Source: Chromatiaceae bacterium
GTDB lineage: Bacteria > Pseudomonadota > Gammaproteobacteria > Chromatiales > Chromatiaceae
Direction of reading: 5' to 3'
DNA length: 64,000 nucleotides
Assembly: GCA_040775095.1 (NCBI GenBank)
Contig: JAXGTD010000007.1
Coordinates: 946-64,945 of the forward strand
A model generated the notes under the pieces. That model was not told where the DNA came from and did not search any database. It saw only the letters and a list, made by a program, of their open reading frames with translations. The translations under genes were made by a program, and so were the position numbers. Shown here piece by piece: positions 11,666-22,104 of the stretch. How positions within the stretch are numbered: the stretch's first letter is position 1; every line of letters begins with the position of its first letter.

Positions 11666-12157
11666 ATGCTCGAAACCACCCGTAACTATCTGAACAGCCT
11701 GCTGCTCGCCGAACTGTTCAAGGGCCTGCGTCTGACCGGGACCTATCTGTTTCGGCGCAAGTTCACGGTGCAGTACCCCGAGGAGAAGGCGCCGATCTCG
11801 CCGCGCTTCCGCGGCCTGCACGCGTTGAGGCGCTATCCGAACGGTGAGGAGCGATGCATTGCCTGTAAGCTCTGTGAGGCCACCTGCCCGGCGCTGGCGA
11901 TCACCATCGAGGCCGAGCCCCGCGAGGATGGCTCACGCCGGACCACGCGCTACGAGATCGACCTGTTCAAGTGTATCTACTGCGGGTTCTGCGAGGAGTC
12001 CTGCCCAGTGGACTCGATCGTCGAGACCGGTGTCTACGAGTATCACTTTGAGAATCGTGGCGAGAACATCATGACCAAGGACCAGTTGCTTGCCATCGGT
12101 GACAAGTACGAGGCGGACATCGCCGCGGCGCGGGCAGCCGATTCGCCCTATCGGTAA
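11666..12157 (+). CDS. nuoI: NADH-quinone oxidoreductase subunit I (2x[4Fe-4S])
   Basis: 163-aa ORF containing [13 protein letters not shown] and [13 protein letters not shown]. Confidence 0.95.
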   Translation: MLETTRNYLNSLLLAELFKGLRLTGTYLFRRKFTVQYPEEKAPISPRFRGLHALRRYPNGEERCIACKLCEATCPALAITIEAEPREDGSRRTTRYEIDLFKCIYCGFCEESCPVDSIVETGVYEYHFENRGENIMTKDQLLAIGDKYEADIAAARAADSPYR

Positions 12158-12314
12158 GAACGCGTCGCTGGTCTCGACTGGCGATCGGCCCGGGACCGTT
12201 CCCATGTATGGTCAACGCGGGTAAAGCCGATCGCCATTGATTGCCGGCCACCAGGCGGGGGTCGGCGTAGCTCCGAAAGCCACGCGCAATTAGCCACTCT
12301 TCCCAGGAACAGCT

Positions 12315-12983
12315 ATGGGATTCGAAAGCCTTCTTTTTTACCTCTTCGGCGCGATAACCGTATTCGCCGCGGGGATGGTGGTCACCCGCCGGAACCCCGT
12401 GCACGCGGTGCTGTATCTGGTGCTGGCGTTCGTCAGCAGTGCCGCGCTCTGGCTGCTGTTGGAGGCGGAATTTCTCGGCATCGTTCTGGTGCTGGTCTAT
12501 GTGGGCGCGGTCATGGTGCTGTTCCTGTTCGTTGTCATGATGCTGGACGTGGAGGTGGCGGCGCTGCGTGCCCAGTTCATCCGCTATGCCCCGCTCGGAC
12601 TGCTGATTGCCGGCGTTATGGTGGTGAACCTGTTCCTGGTCCTCGGTCCGGACAACTTCGGGCCGCAGCTATTCGGCAAACCGGTCCCGCAACCCGCCGG
12701 CTACAGCAACACCGAGGTGCTCGGGCGCGAGCTCTATACGACCTACCTCTATCAGTTCGAGATCGCTGCCGTTGTGCTGTTGGTCGCGATCGTTGCGGCC
12801 ATCCGGCTGACATTGCGACATCGTCCAGAAACGAAGTTCCAGGATCCCGCGAGCCAGGTGCGGGTGCGAAAGGGGCCGGATCGCATCCGGGTGGTATCGA
12901 TGCCATCGGAGAAGACGCCGCTGCCGCCGGTCCCCGCTGCCGCGACGACGGAATCCGAGGCCGACAAGGGGGAAGCCGCATGA
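12315..12983 (+). CDS. nuoJ: NADH-quinone oxidoreductase subunit J
   Basis: 222-aa ORF with hydrophobic NuoJ-like N-terminal ~165 aa plus a hydrophilic tail. AGGAA lies before the ATG. Operon position fits. Confidence 0.88.
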   Translation: MGFESLLFYLFGAITVFAAGMVVTRRNPVHAVLYLVLAFVSSAALWLLLEAEFLGIVLVLVYVGAVMVLFLFVVMMLDVEVAALRAQFIRYAPLGLLIAGVMVVNLFLVLGPDNFGPQLFGKPVPQPAGYSNTEVLGRELYTTYLYQFEIAAVVLLVAIVAAIRLTLRHRPETKFQDPASQVRVRKGPDRIRVVSMPSEKTPLPPVPAAATTESEADKGEAA

Positions 12984-13285
12984 TCGCGTTGTCCGACTAC
13001 CTGCTGCTCGGTGGGGCGCTGTTCTCGATCGCCGTCGCCGGCATCTTCCTGAACCGCAAGAATGTGATCATCCTGCTGATGTGCATCGAGTTGATGCTGC
13101 TGGCGGTGAACATGAACTTCGTCGCGTTCTCGCACTTCCTCGGCGACACGGCGGGGCAGATCTTTGTCTTCTTTATCCTGACCGTCGCCGCTGCGGAGGC
13201 GGCGATCGGCCTGGCGATCCTCGTGGTGCTGTTCCGCAGTCGGCAGACCATCAACGTCGATGACCTGGACATGCTCAAGGGCTGA
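12980..13285 (+). CDS. nuoK: NADH-quinone oxidoreductase subunit K
   Basis: 101-aa ORF containing [12 protein letters not shown] and [17 protein letters not shown]. Confidence 0.93.
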   Translation: MIALSDYLLLGGALFSIAVAGIFLNRKNVIILLMCIELMLLAVNMNFVAFSHFLGDTAGQIFVFFILTVAAAEAAIGLAILVVLFRSRQTINVDDLDMLKG

Positions 13286-13291
13286 AATCGG

Positions 13292-15298
13292 ATGGAAAAC
13301 ATCTACCTGACCATCGTCCTCGCGCCCCTGGCCGGTGCCATCATCGCGGGCTTCTTTGGCGGACGCATCGGGCGCGCCGGCGCGCATTGGGCCACGATTA
13401 TCGGTGTCGGCATCTCTGCCGGACTGTCGCTCTGGGTGCTCTCGCGCTTCATCTGGCACGATCTGCCCGTGTTCGACGACACCGTTTACACCTGGATGGT
13501 GTCGGATGGCATCCGCTTCGAGATCGGTTTCCTGGTCGACAAGCTCACCGCGCTGATGATGGCCACCGTGACCTTCGTGTCGCTGACAGTGCACATCTAC
13601 ACCATCGGCTATATGGCCGATGACGAGCACAACTGGCCCCACGGCTCGCTGGCCGGGAAGAACAGCTATCAACGCTTCTTCAGCTATATCTCGCTGTTTA
13701 CCTTCTCGATGCTGATGCTGGTGATGTCGAACAACTTTCTCCAGCTCTTCTTTGGCTGGGAGGCCGTGGGTCTGGTTTCCTACCTGCTGATCGGCTTCTG
13801 GGCGACCCGCGATTCGGCGACCTTCGCCAACCTCAAGGCATTTCTCGTCAACCGCGTCGGCGATTTCGGCTTCATCCTGGGTATTGCCGCGATCGGCATG
13901 TATTTCGGCTCGATGCGCTACGCCGAGGTGTTCGCCGCCGCGCCCGGCCTCGCCGATACCCAGATCGCGGTGTTCGGCGGCGTATCACTGATGACGCTGA
14001 TCTGCATCCTGCTGTTCATCGGTGCGATGGGCAAGTCGGCACAGGTGCCACTGCATGTGTGGCTGCCAGACTCGATGGAGGGCCCGACACCGATCTCGGC
14101 CCTGATCCATGCCGCGACCATGGTGACCGCCGGCATCTTCATGGTGGCCCGGATGTCGCCGCTGTATGAATTGTCCGAGACGGCGCTGTCATTCGTGCTG
14201 ATCATCGGCGCGACGACGGCCTTTTTCATGGGGCTGGTCGGTCTGGTGCAAAACGACATCAAGCGTGTCGTCGCCTACTCGACGCTCTCGCAGCTCGGGT
14301 ACATGGTCACCGCGCTCGGTGCGTCGGCCTATGCCGCGGGTATCTTCCATCTGATGACCCATGCCTTCTTCAAGGCCCTGCTGTTCCTCGCCGCGGGTTC
14401 GGTGATCATTGCGATGCATCACGATCAGGACATCCGCAACATGGGAGGGCTGCGCAAGTACATGCCCATCACCTGGATCACCGCGCTGATCGGATCGCTG
14501 GCCCTGATCGGCTTTCCCGGCTTTTCCGGCTTCTTCTCGAAAGACGCGATCATCGAGGCCGTAGGCGACGCCCACCTCTATGGCGCGGGCTACGCCTGGG
14601 TCCTGCTGACCATCAGCGTGCTGGTGACGGCGCTCTACAGCTTCCGGATGTACTACCTGGTCTTCCACGGCACACCGCGCATGGACGAGCACACCCGCCA
14701 CCACCTCCACGAGACCCCCTGGGTCGTCACGCTCCCGTTGGTCTTGCTCGCGATCCCGTCGGTGGTCATCGGCTGGTATGCCATCGAGCCGCTGCTGGTC
14801 AATAACTGGTTCAATTCCGGGGACTGGCATCCCATCGTCGTCCACCCCGATCACGACACCCTGCATCATCTGGCCGCGCACTGGCACGGGCAGCTGGCCT
14901 TCATCGAGCATGGCATGCTGGCCCTGCCGTTCTGGCTGGCCATGGCAGGGCTGGGACTGGCGACGACCGTATGGCTGTTCTGGTTCAGAAAGAACCCGAA
15001 CATCGACGTCGAGCTGCAGCGCAAGGGCGGCCCGGTCACACGTGCGCTGCAGGACAAGTACGGCTTTGACGACTTCAACCAGCGGGTGTTTGCCGGGGGT
15101 GGTCGGGGTCTTGGCTCATTCCTCTGGAATACCGGTGACCGTGGTCTGATCGACGGGGCCGTCGTGAACGGCTCCGCGAGGGCGGTCGGTTGGCTGGCCG
15201 GTCGCGTGCGATTCCTGCAGACCGGCTACCTCTATCACTATGCGATCGCGATGATCATCGGCCTGGTTGCGCTGTTGACGTGGTTCGTGGCGCTCTAA
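13292..15298 (+). CDS. nuoL: NADH-quinone oxidoreductase subunit L
   Basis: 668-aa antiporter-like subunit containing GWEAVGLVSYLLIGFW and MGKSAQVPLHVWLPDSMEGPTPISALIHAATMVTAG. Confidence 0.95.
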   Translation: MENIYLTIVLAPLAGAIIAGFFGGRIGRAGAHWATIIGVGISAGLSLWVLSRFIWHDLPVFDDTVYTWMVSDGIRFEIGFLVDKLTALMMATVTFVSLTVHIYTIGYMADDEHNWPHGSLAGKNSYQRFFSYISLFTFSMLMLVMSNNFLQLFFGWEAVGLVSYLLIGFWATRDSATFANLKAFLVNRVGDFGFILGIAAIGMYFGSMRYAEVFAAAPGLADTQIAVFGGVSLMTLICILLFIGAMGKSAQVPLHVWLPDSMEGPTPISALIHAATMVTAGIFMVARMSPLYELSETALSFVLIIGATTAFFMGLVGLVQNDIKRVVAYSTLSQLGYMVTALGASAYAAGIFHLMTHAFFKALLFLAAGSVIIAMHHDQDIRNMGGLRKYMPITWITALIGSLALIGFPGFSGFFSKDAIIEAVGDAHLYGAGYAWVLLTISVLVTALYSFRMYYLVFHGTPRMDEHTRHHLHETPWVVTLPLVLLAIPSVVIGWYAIEPLLVNNWFNSGDWHPIVVHPDHDTLHHLAAHWHGQLAFIEHGMLALPFWLAMAGLGLATTVWLFWFRKNPNIDVELQRKGGPVTRALQDKYGFDDFNQRVFAGGGRGLGSFLWNTGDRGLIDGAVVNGSARAVGWLAGRVRFLQTGYLYHYAIAMIIGLVALLTWFVAL

Positions 15299-15319
15299 CG
15301 CAGACGGAGAAGGACGGGC

Positions 15320-16876
15320 ATGCTTGCTGAATTCCCCTGGCTGACGCTGGTCATCTGGCTGCCGATCGTCGGCGGTGTCATGGTCATCGCCAGCGGCGAC
15401 AAGGCCCCGGAGCTGACCAAGTGGTTGGCGCTGTTGGTATCGCTGCTGACCTTCCTCGCGAGTCTGCCGCTGTGGTTCGGCTTCGACGCGGCCATGGCGC
15501 AGATGCAGTTCGTCGAACGGGCGCTGTGGATCCCGTCGTTCGATGTCTACTACCACCTCGGTATCGACGGCATCTCGATGCCGCTGATCCTGCTGACGAC
15601 CTTTATCACGATCTTTGTGCTCATCGCCGGTTGGGACGTCATCACCTATAAGCCATCGCAATACATGGCCGCCTTCCTGATCATGGAAGGGGTCATGGTC
15701 GGCGTGTTCTCGGCGCTGGACGCGATCCTGTTCTACGTGTTCTGGGAGGCGATGCTGATCCCGATGTTCATCATCATCGGGATCTGGGGCGGGCCAAACC
15801 GGGTCTACGCGACCATCAAGTTCTTTCTGTACACGTTCTTCGGGTCGGTGTTCATGCTGGTCGCGCTGATCTATCTGTACTTCCAGTCCGACAGCTTCAG
15901 CATCCTCGACTATCAGACGCTGCCGATCGACATGACCGCGCAGACGCTGATCTTCATCGCGTTCCTCCTGGCATTTGCGGTCAAGGTGCCGATGTTCCCC
16001 GTGCACACATGGCTGCCCGATGCCCACGTCGAGGCGCCGACTGGCGGCTCGGTGATCCTCGCCGCGATCATGCTGAAGATCGGCGGCTATGGGTTCCTGC
16101 GCTTCAGTCTGCCCATCACCCCGGACGCGAGCGCGGAGCTCGGCCCGCTGATGATCGCGCTCTCGCTGATCGCGGTGATCTATATCGGCTTCGTCGCGCT
16201 CGTGCAGCAGGACATGAAGAAGCTGATCGCCTACTCCTCGATAGCGCACATGGGTTTCGTCACCCTGGGGTTCTTCGTCATCTTTTCCATCTTCCAGAGG
16301 CCCGAGGCGACCGGCGGCGCGGTGATGGGCATCGAGGGCGGCATGGTGCAGATGATCTCCCACGGGTTCATCTCCGGGGCGTTGTTCCTCTGCGTCGGCG
16401 TGCTCTACGACCGAATGCATTCCCGCCAGATCGCCGACTATGGCGGTGTGCTCAATACCATGCCCTGGTTTGGCGCCTTCGTCGTCTTCTTCGCGATGGC
16501 CAACGCGGGCCTGCCGGGCACCTCGGGTTTCGTCGGCGAGCTCATGGTCATCCTGGCGGCGTTCCGCGCCGACTTCTGGTTCTCCTTTCTGGCGGCAACG
16601 ACGCTGGTGCTGGCCGCGGCCTTCACCCTCTGGATGGTCAAGCGCGTGATCTTCGGCGAGGTCAAGAACGACAACGTGGCCCAGCTCAAAGACCTGAATG
16701 GACGCGAGGCGCTGAATCTCGGGGTGCTCGCGGCGGCGGTGCTCGGGATCGGTCTCTGGCCCGCCCCGCTGGTCGAGGTCATGGAGCCGACGATCGCGCA
16801 TCTGGTCGAGCAGGTTCAGCAAAGCAAGATCCCGGACATCGCGGTGCTCGCGCCGGTCGCCAGCCTTCAGCCCTGA
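15320..16876 (+). CDS. nuoM: NADH-quinone oxidoreductase subunit M
   Basis: 518-aa ORF containing AVKVPMFPVHTWLPDAHVEAPTGGSVILAAIMLKIGGYG. Confidence 0.95.
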   Translation: MLAEFPWLTLVIWLPIVGGVMVIASGDKAPELTKWLALLVSLLTFLASLPLWFGFDAAMAQMQFVERALWIPSFDVYYHLGIDGISMPLILLTTFITIFVLIAGWDVITYKPSQYMAAFLIMEGVMVGVFSALDAILFYVFWEAMLIPMFIIIGIWGGPNRVYATIKFFLYTFFGSVFMLVALIYLYFQSDSFSILDYQTLPIDMTAQTLIFIAFLLAFAVKVPMFPVHTWLPDAHVEAPTGGSVILAAIMLKIGGYGFLRFSLPITPDASAELGPLMIALSLIAVIYIGFVALVQQDMKKLIAYSSIAHMGFVTLGFFVIFSIFQRPEATGGAVMGIEGGMVQMISHGFISGALFLCVGVLYDRMHSRQIADYGGVLNTMPWFGAFVVFFAMANAGLPGTSGFVGELMVILAAFRADFWFSFLAATTLVLAAAFTLWMVKRVIFGEVKNDNVAQLKDLNGREALNLGVLAAAVLGIGLWPAPLVEVMEPTIAHLVEQVQQSKIPDIAVLAPVASLQP

Positions 16877-16888
16877 CGGAATACGCCC

Positions 16889-18325
16889 ATGCCGTTCGAA
16901 AACGCATTCCTCGTCGCTATCCTGCCCGAGCTCGTGGTGCTGGTCGCTGCTTGCGTGGTGCTCATCATCGACCTGTTCCTGCGCGAGGATCAAAAAAACG
17001 CGAACCACGTCGTGTCGCTCGTCGGCCTGATCGCGGCACTGGTCGCCGTCGGCATGCTCGGCAGCGACGGCGTGACGAGCGCCTTCAGCGGGGCCTTCGT
17101 GCGCGACCCCATGAGCGATCTGCTCAAGGGCGCGATCCTGATCGTCACGCTGCTGTCTTTTGTCTATTCGAAGAACTACATGCGCAGCCACGGCATGTGG
17201 GTCGGCGAGTACCATGTCCTGGTGCTTCTGGCGACCCTGGGCATGCTGATCATGGTGTCGGCCAACAGCTTCCTGACGCTCTACCTCGGCCTGGAGCTGC
17301 TCGCACTGTGTCTGTATGCGTTGGTCGCCTTCGACCGCGACTCGAAGCAGGGCGCCGAGGCGGCGATGAAGTACTTCGTACTCGGCGCGCTCGGTTCCGG
17401 CATGCTCCTCTACGGCATCTCGATGCTGTACGGCGCGACCGGCGGCTTTGGCTTCGAGGGCGTGGCGCAGGTCGTGTCGGCCGAGGGGCTGGACAACAAG
17501 ATCCTGGTGTTTGGGCTCGTGTTCGTGATCATCGGGATCGCGTTCAAGTTCGGTGCCGTGCCGTTTCACATGTGGCTGCCCGACGTCTACCAGGGCGCGC
17601 CAACACCGATCGTACTCTTCCTGGCCAGCGCGCCGAAGATCGCCGCCTTTGCGATGGCGGTGCGCGTCCTGGTCGAGGCCCTCGGCGGGTTGCAGGCGGA
17701 CTGGCGCGAGATCCTGATCATCCTTTCAGTGCTGTCCATGGGCCTCGGCAACGTCGTTGCGATCGCGCAGCAGAACATCAAGCGCATGCTCGCCTATTCG
17801 ACCATCTCGCACGTCGGCTTCATCTTCCTCGGCCTCCTGGCCGGGAGTCAGGAGGGCTACGCCGCGGCCATGTTCTACGCGATCGTGTATGCGCTGATGG
17901 CGGCAGGTGCCTTTGGTGTGCTGGTCATGATCTCCCAGAAGGGCATGGAGGCCGAGACCCTGGATGACTTGAAGGGCCTGGCAGAACGTGACGGCTGGCT
18001 CGGGGCGATGATGGCGCTGATCATGTTCTCGATGGCGGGTGTGCCTCCGGCCGTGGGCTTCATCGCCAAGCTGTTGGTGCTCGAGGCGGTGGTCAGCATC
18101 GGTCTGGTGTGGCTCGCCGTTGTTGCGGTCGTTTTCTCGATCATCGGCGCCTTCTATTACTTGCGCGTGGTCAAGATGATCTACTTCGACAAACCGCAGA
18201 CCGAGGTGGCAGTCCGCATCGGCAGCGGGGCGCGGCTGGCGATCACCGTCAACGGCATGGCGATCCTCTTGCTCGGTATGTTTCCGGCGCTGCTGTTGAC
18301 CCTGTGCCAGGCGGCGTTCCCGTAG
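16889..18325 (+). CDS. nuoN: NADH-quinone oxidoreductase subunit N
   Basis: 478-aa ORF containing FKFGAVPFHMWLPDVYQGAPTPIVLFLASAPKIAAF. It is the last gene of the operon. Confidence 0.95.
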   Translation: MPFENAFLVAILPELVVLVAACVVLIIDLFLREDQKNANHVVSLVGLIAALVAVGMLGSDGVTSAFSGAFVRDPMSDLLKGAILIVTLLSFVYSKNYMRSHGMWVGEYHVLVLLATLGMLIMVSANSFLTLYLGLELLALCLYALVAFDRDSKQGAEAAMKYFVLGALGSGMLLYGISMLYGATGGFGFEGVAQVVSAEGLDNKILVFGLVFVIIGIAFKFGAVPFHMWLPDVYQGAPTPIVLFLASAPKIAAFAMAVRVLVEALGGLQADWREILIILSVLSMGLGNVVAIAQQNIKRMLAYSTISHVGFIFLGLLAGSQEGYAAAMFYAIVYALMAAGAFGVLVMISQKGMEAETLDDLKGLAERDGWLGAMMALIMFSMAGVPPAVGFIAKLLVLEAVVSIGLVWLAVVAVVFSIIGAFYYLRVVKMIYFDKPQTEVAVRIGSGARLAITVNGMAILLLGMFPALLLTLCQAAFP

Positions 18326-18360
18326 CGGCCCGTTTGTCGCACCGTCCGTCTCGCCGAGGT

Positions 18361-18377
18361 GCGGGCATGCTGCCCGC
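18361..18377. terminator. Palindromic hairpin between convergent nuoN and the kinase gene (possible bidirectional terminator)
   Basis: GCGGGCA-TGC-TGCCCGC is a perfect 7-bp stem. There is no T-run, so its function is uncertain. Confidence 0.3.
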
Positions 18378-18402
18378 GGGAGCCACGCCCGGTTCTGCGA
18401 CT

Positions 18403-19392
18403 TCAGCGGAACTCGGCGAGAACCTCTTGCGTCGCCGAGCGTGAGATCCGCGGCCCGAGGCTGGTGACCAGCTTGGCCGACGCGGCCGACGCCAGGTCGC
18501 CGGCGCGCCGATGCTCCCACCCCCGTGTCAACCCGTACAAGAACGCCCCGGCAAACATGTCACCGGCGCCAACCGTGTCAACGGGGTCGACCTTGACGGG
18601 ATCGATGTCGATCAGCCTGGATCCATCGTAGACCAGCGCACCCCTGGGACCGCGGGTGATGGCAAACTCGCGCGCGATACCCTTCATGTACGCGACCGCG
18701 TCGTCCAGGTCTTGGGTGTCGGCCATGCCCATGGCCTCCGCCTCGTTGGCGAAGATCATGTCCACGCGCGGGCCGATCATGTCTTTGAGCCCCTGCTTGA
18801 AGTACCGGACCATGTTCGGGTCGGATAACGAGATCGCCGTCTTGACCCCCGCCTGCTCGGCGACTTTGCGCGACTCGATTGCCGCGACCCGGGCCGTATC
18901 CGAGGTGACCAGGTAGCCCTCCGTGTAGAACCACTTCGCCTGGCGAATCGAGTCGGCATCGATCTCGTGCACCGAGAGATTGCCGCTGATACCGAGATAG
19001 GTGCACATGGTCCGGTCGCTGTCCGGCGTGACCAGCACGACACAGCGTCCCGTGTCGCCCTGTTCGAGAAACCCACCGTCGATGCCGTCGACCCCCGCGG
19101 CCGCCAGATCCTTCAGGTAGAAACGTCCCAACTCGTCGTTGGCGACCTTGCATGCGTAGAACCCGGTGCCGCCGAGCTGCGCCAGCGCGATGACTGAATT
19201 CGCCGCCGAGCCGCCGGAACCACGGTGGTGATGGCGTTCCCTGAGGTGCTGCATGATGCGCAGCTGGTGCGCCTCGTCCACGAGCGTCATCACGCCCTTG
19301 TCGATGTCCAGGTGTTTCAGATCCTCCTCCTGGACCTCGTATTCCATGTCCACCAGCGCGTTGCCGAGGGCGTAGACGTCGTACTTCTGCAT
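18403..19392 (-). CDS. PfkB-family carbohydrate/adenosine kinase
   Basis: 329-aa ORF containing GGSAANS and the C-terminal DTVGAGDMFAGAFLYG ribokinase-family signature. Overall it resembles proteobacterial adenosine kinases. Confidence 0.85.
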   Translation of the reverse strand: MQKYDVYALGNALVDMEYEVQEEDLKHLDIDKGVMTLVDEAHQLRIMQHLRERHHHRGSGGSAANSVIALAQLGGTGFYACKVANDELGRFYLKDLAAAGVDGIDGGFLEQGDTGRCVVLVTPDSDRTMCTYLGISGNLSVHEIDADSIRQAKWFYTEGYLVTSDTARVAAIESRKVAEQAGVKTAISLSDPNMVRYFKQGLKDMIGPRVDMIFANEAEAMGMADTQDLDDAVAYMKGIAREFAITRGPRGALVYDGSRLIDIDPVKVDPVDTVGAGDMFAGAFLYGLTRGWEHRRAGDLASAASAKLVTSLGPRISRSATQEVLAEFR

Positions 19393-19586
19393 GGTCTTGA
19401 CCGTTTCTGTTGAGATATCCGGCGCATTGTCTCAACTTCGGCCGGCTCGATGGAAGCCCATCCTCGGCCCATCCCATCTGCTGATTGCCGGCAGACGCCA
19501 ATCCGCCCGCGGGCACAGACTCAGCTTCTGAGTCACCGCGCGGACTAATCTCGGCCGCATACCGTCAGACCTTGGGGGCATCCGGG

Positions 19587-22088
19587 ATGGGGAAACAGAC
19601 GATCAGCAACACGACCGGCGGGTTGGCAACGGCGAAGGCGGCGGACGAGGACGATGTCGAGCGGCTCGTGGCGGCATTGAAGCGCAAGTACGCGGCACGC
19701 ATCAGCGGCGAGCTCAGGATACCGGCGAGCGCCGCCCGCTTCGCGGCCCTGCCCGCGGATCTGCACCCCGGCCTGCGCCGGGCGTTGGCCGAGCGCGGCC
19801 TCACGCGTCTGTATAGCCATCAACGCGCGGTCTGGGACCTCGTGCGCGCCGGCCACCATCTGGTGATCGCGACGCCGACCGCCTCCGGCAAGACCCTCTG
19901 CTACAACCTGCCCGTACTCGATGCCGTGCTCTCGCGCCGGACCAAGGCGCTGTATCTGTTTCCGACCAAGGCGCTGGCCCAGGACCAGGTAGCGGAGCTC
20001 TCAGAGCTGAGCCGGGCGGCCGCGCTGGGTGTCAGCGCGTTTACGTTCGATGGCGACACGCCGGGCGATGCACGTAAGGCCGTGCGCACCCGCGGGGATA
20101 TCGTCGTGTCGAATCCGGATATGCTGCACCAGGCGATCCTGCCACATCATACAAAGTGGGCACAGTTCTTCGAGGCGCTGGAGTATGTCGTGGTCGACGA
20201 GCTGCACAGCTATCGCGGGGTCTTCGGCGCCCACGTTGCCAATGTCTTCCAACGCCTACGGCGCATCTGTCAGTTCTATGGGGTCGCACCGCGGTTTATC
20301 TGCGCGTCGGCGACCATTGCCAATCCGGACGAGCTGGCGCAACGGCTGATCGGCGAACCGGTGAACGTCGTCACCGACAGCGGTGCACCGCGCGGGACAC
20401 GGCACCTGCTGCTTTGGAATCCGCCAGTCATCAACGCGGACCTGGGCATCCGCGCCTCGGCACGCTCGCAGACCACGCGAATCGCACGCGCCGCAACCAG
20501 GCTCGGCCTTAAGAATATCGTCTTCGCCCGCTCGCGGCTGATGGTCGAGGTCATCACCAAATATCTAAAGGACGTCTTCGATCGCGATCCGCGCCGGGCG
20601 CCGCGGGTGCTGGCCTATCGTGGGGGCTACCTGCCCAGTGAGCGGCGCGAGGCCGAGCGCGCGCTGCGGGCCGGGCGCATCGACACCGTGGTCGCCACCT
20701 CGGCGCTTGAGCTCGGGGTCGATATCGGCTCGCTGGACGTCGCGGTGCTCAATGGCTATCCCGGTACCGTGGCGGCGACCTGGCAGCGCCTCGGCCGGGC
20801 GGGGCGGCGCAACAGGACGAGCCTCGGCGTACTGGTGGCGACCAGCGAGCCCCTCGACCAGTACATGGTTCGGCACCCGGAGTTCTTCCTCGGGCGCTCG
20901 CCGGAGCATGCCCGCATCCACCCCGATCACCTCCTGATCCTGATGGACCATGTGCGCTGCGCCGCCTTCGAGCTGCCGTTCCAGGATGGCGATACCTTTG
21001 GCGGTCCGGCCTGTAGCGAGGACCTCGGCGAGATGCTCGGCTATCTGCGCGACGAGGGCCTGCTGCAACGCCAGACGGGGCCCGATGGACGCGGGCGCTG
21101 GTATTGGATCGCCGACAGCTATCCGGCCCACGCGGTGTCGCTGCGCTCGGTGGCGGAGGGCAACTTCGTCGTCATCGACATCACGGATGGGAAGCAGACG
21201 GTTCTTGCCGAGGTGGACTACACGGGCGCCCCCGGCACCGTCTACGAGGGTGCGATCTACATGGTCCAATCCCAGCCCTACCAGGTGGAGCGGCTGGACT
21301 GGACCGGGCGCAAGGCGTTCGTGCGCCGGACGCGCGCCGACTACTACACCGATGCCATCGACTACAGCCGCTTGAAGATCCTCGATCGTTTCGATGACCA
21401 TCGTGGTGTCCAGGCCGCGGTGGCCCATGGTGAGGTCCATCTGGTACGCCGCTATCCCGGGTACAAGAAGATCCGCTACTACAGCCACGACAACGTCGGA
21501 TACGGCCACATCAATCTGCCGGACCAGGAGATGCACAGCACCGCCGTCTGGTGGCAGGTCCACCCAAGGGTGCTGGAGCAGGCATTGCCCGCGCGCGAGC
21601 AGGCCATCGAGGGCTTCCTGGGCGCGGCCTACGCGATGCACCATGTTGCCGCGCTGCGGGTCATGGCGGAGCTTCGGGACCTCGGCCGCGCGGTTGGAGA
21701 CGGGCAGGGCAGCTGGTTTGCCGTCATCGGCCAACATGGCCGAGGTCAGATCCAGGGTCCGAACAACGAACCGCTCCATGCCCCGCCTGCCGGACGTTTC
21801 GAGCCCACCCTGTTCCTGTACGACAACTATCCCGGTGGCGTCGGCCTGTCCGCGCCGCTGTTCGACGCGGCCACGGAATTGGTCGGTGACGCCATCGAGC
21901 TGGTCCGCGACTGTGCCTGCAAGGTTGGCTGCCCGGCTTGCGTCGGACCGGTGCTGGCGGGCGATGAACAGCGCGAACAGAGCCTCAAGCAGGCGGCATT
22001 ACTGGTGCTGGCGTTGCTCAATGAGGCCGATGTGGCACGACACCGGGCGCAGGGCGCGTGCGCGCTGCCGATGGCCCTGGACGCCTGA
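19587..22088 (+). CDS. DEAD/DEAH-box helicase with C-terminal DUF1998 zinc-binding domain (MrfA/YprA-like)
   Basis: Helicase motifs are ATPTASGKTLCYN (I), VVDELHSYRG (II) and SATIANP (III). The C-terminal Cys cluster is DCACKVGCPACVGP. The start is ambiguous: I chose the ATG at 19587 (MGKQTISN), while the track ORF starts at a TTG at 19485. Confidence 0.85.
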   Translation: MGKQTISNTTGGLATAKAADEDDVERLVAALKRKYAARISGELRIPASAARFAALPADLHPGLRRALAERGLTRLYSHQRAVWDLVRAGHHLVIATPTASGKTLCYNLPVLDAVLSRRTKALYLFPTKALAQDQVAELSELSRAAALGVSAFTFDGDTPGDARKAVRTRGDIVVSNPDMLHQAILPHHTKWAQFFEALEYVVVDELHSYRGVFGAHVANVFQRLRRICQFYGVAPRFICASATIANPDELAQRLIGEPVNVVTDSGAPRGTRHLLLWNPPVINADLGIRASARSQTTRIARAATRLGLKNIVFARSRLMVEVITKYLKDVFDRDPRRAPRVLAYRGGYLPSERREAERALRAGRIDTVVATSALELGVDIGSLDVAVLNGYPGTVAATWQRLGRAGRRNRTSLGVLVATSEPLDQYMVRHPEFFLGRSPEHARIHPDHLLILMDHVRCAAFELPFQDGDTFGGPACSEDLGEMLGYLRDEGLLQRQTGPDGRGRWYWIADSYPAHAVSLRSVAEGNFVVIDITDGKQTVLAEVDYTGAPGTVYEGAIYMVQSQPYQVERLDWTGRKAFVRRTRADYYTDAIDYSRLKILDRFDDHRGVQAAVAHGEVHLVRRYPGYKKIRYYSHDNVGYGHINLPDQEMHSTAVWWQVHPRVLEQALPAREQAIEGFLGAAYAMHHVAALRVMAELRDLGRAVGDGQGSWFAVIGQHGRGQIQGPNNEPLHAPPAGRFEPTLFLYDNYPGGVGLSAPLFDAATELVGDAIELVRDCACKVGCPACVGPVLAGDEQREQSLKQAALLVLALLNEADVARHRAQGACALPMALDA

Positions 22089-22104
22089 CCGACCGGAGGG
22101 GGCC

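Noticed and set aside
15116-17569. 817-aa ORF on the minus strand, the longest unassigned ORF in the track.
   Set aside because: It lies entirely antisense to nuoL/nuoM/nuoN, which have unmistakable conserved motifs. Its translation is a monotonous Arg/Asp/Glu/His/Gln-rich string with no recognisable domain. This is the usual stop-codon-poor antisense frame of a high-G+C genome.
16009-17967. 652-aa plus-strand ORF in an alternative frame of nuoM/nuoN.
   Set aside because: It is an Arg/Gly/Pro-rich out-of-frame translation of two well-supported genes, not an overlapping gene.
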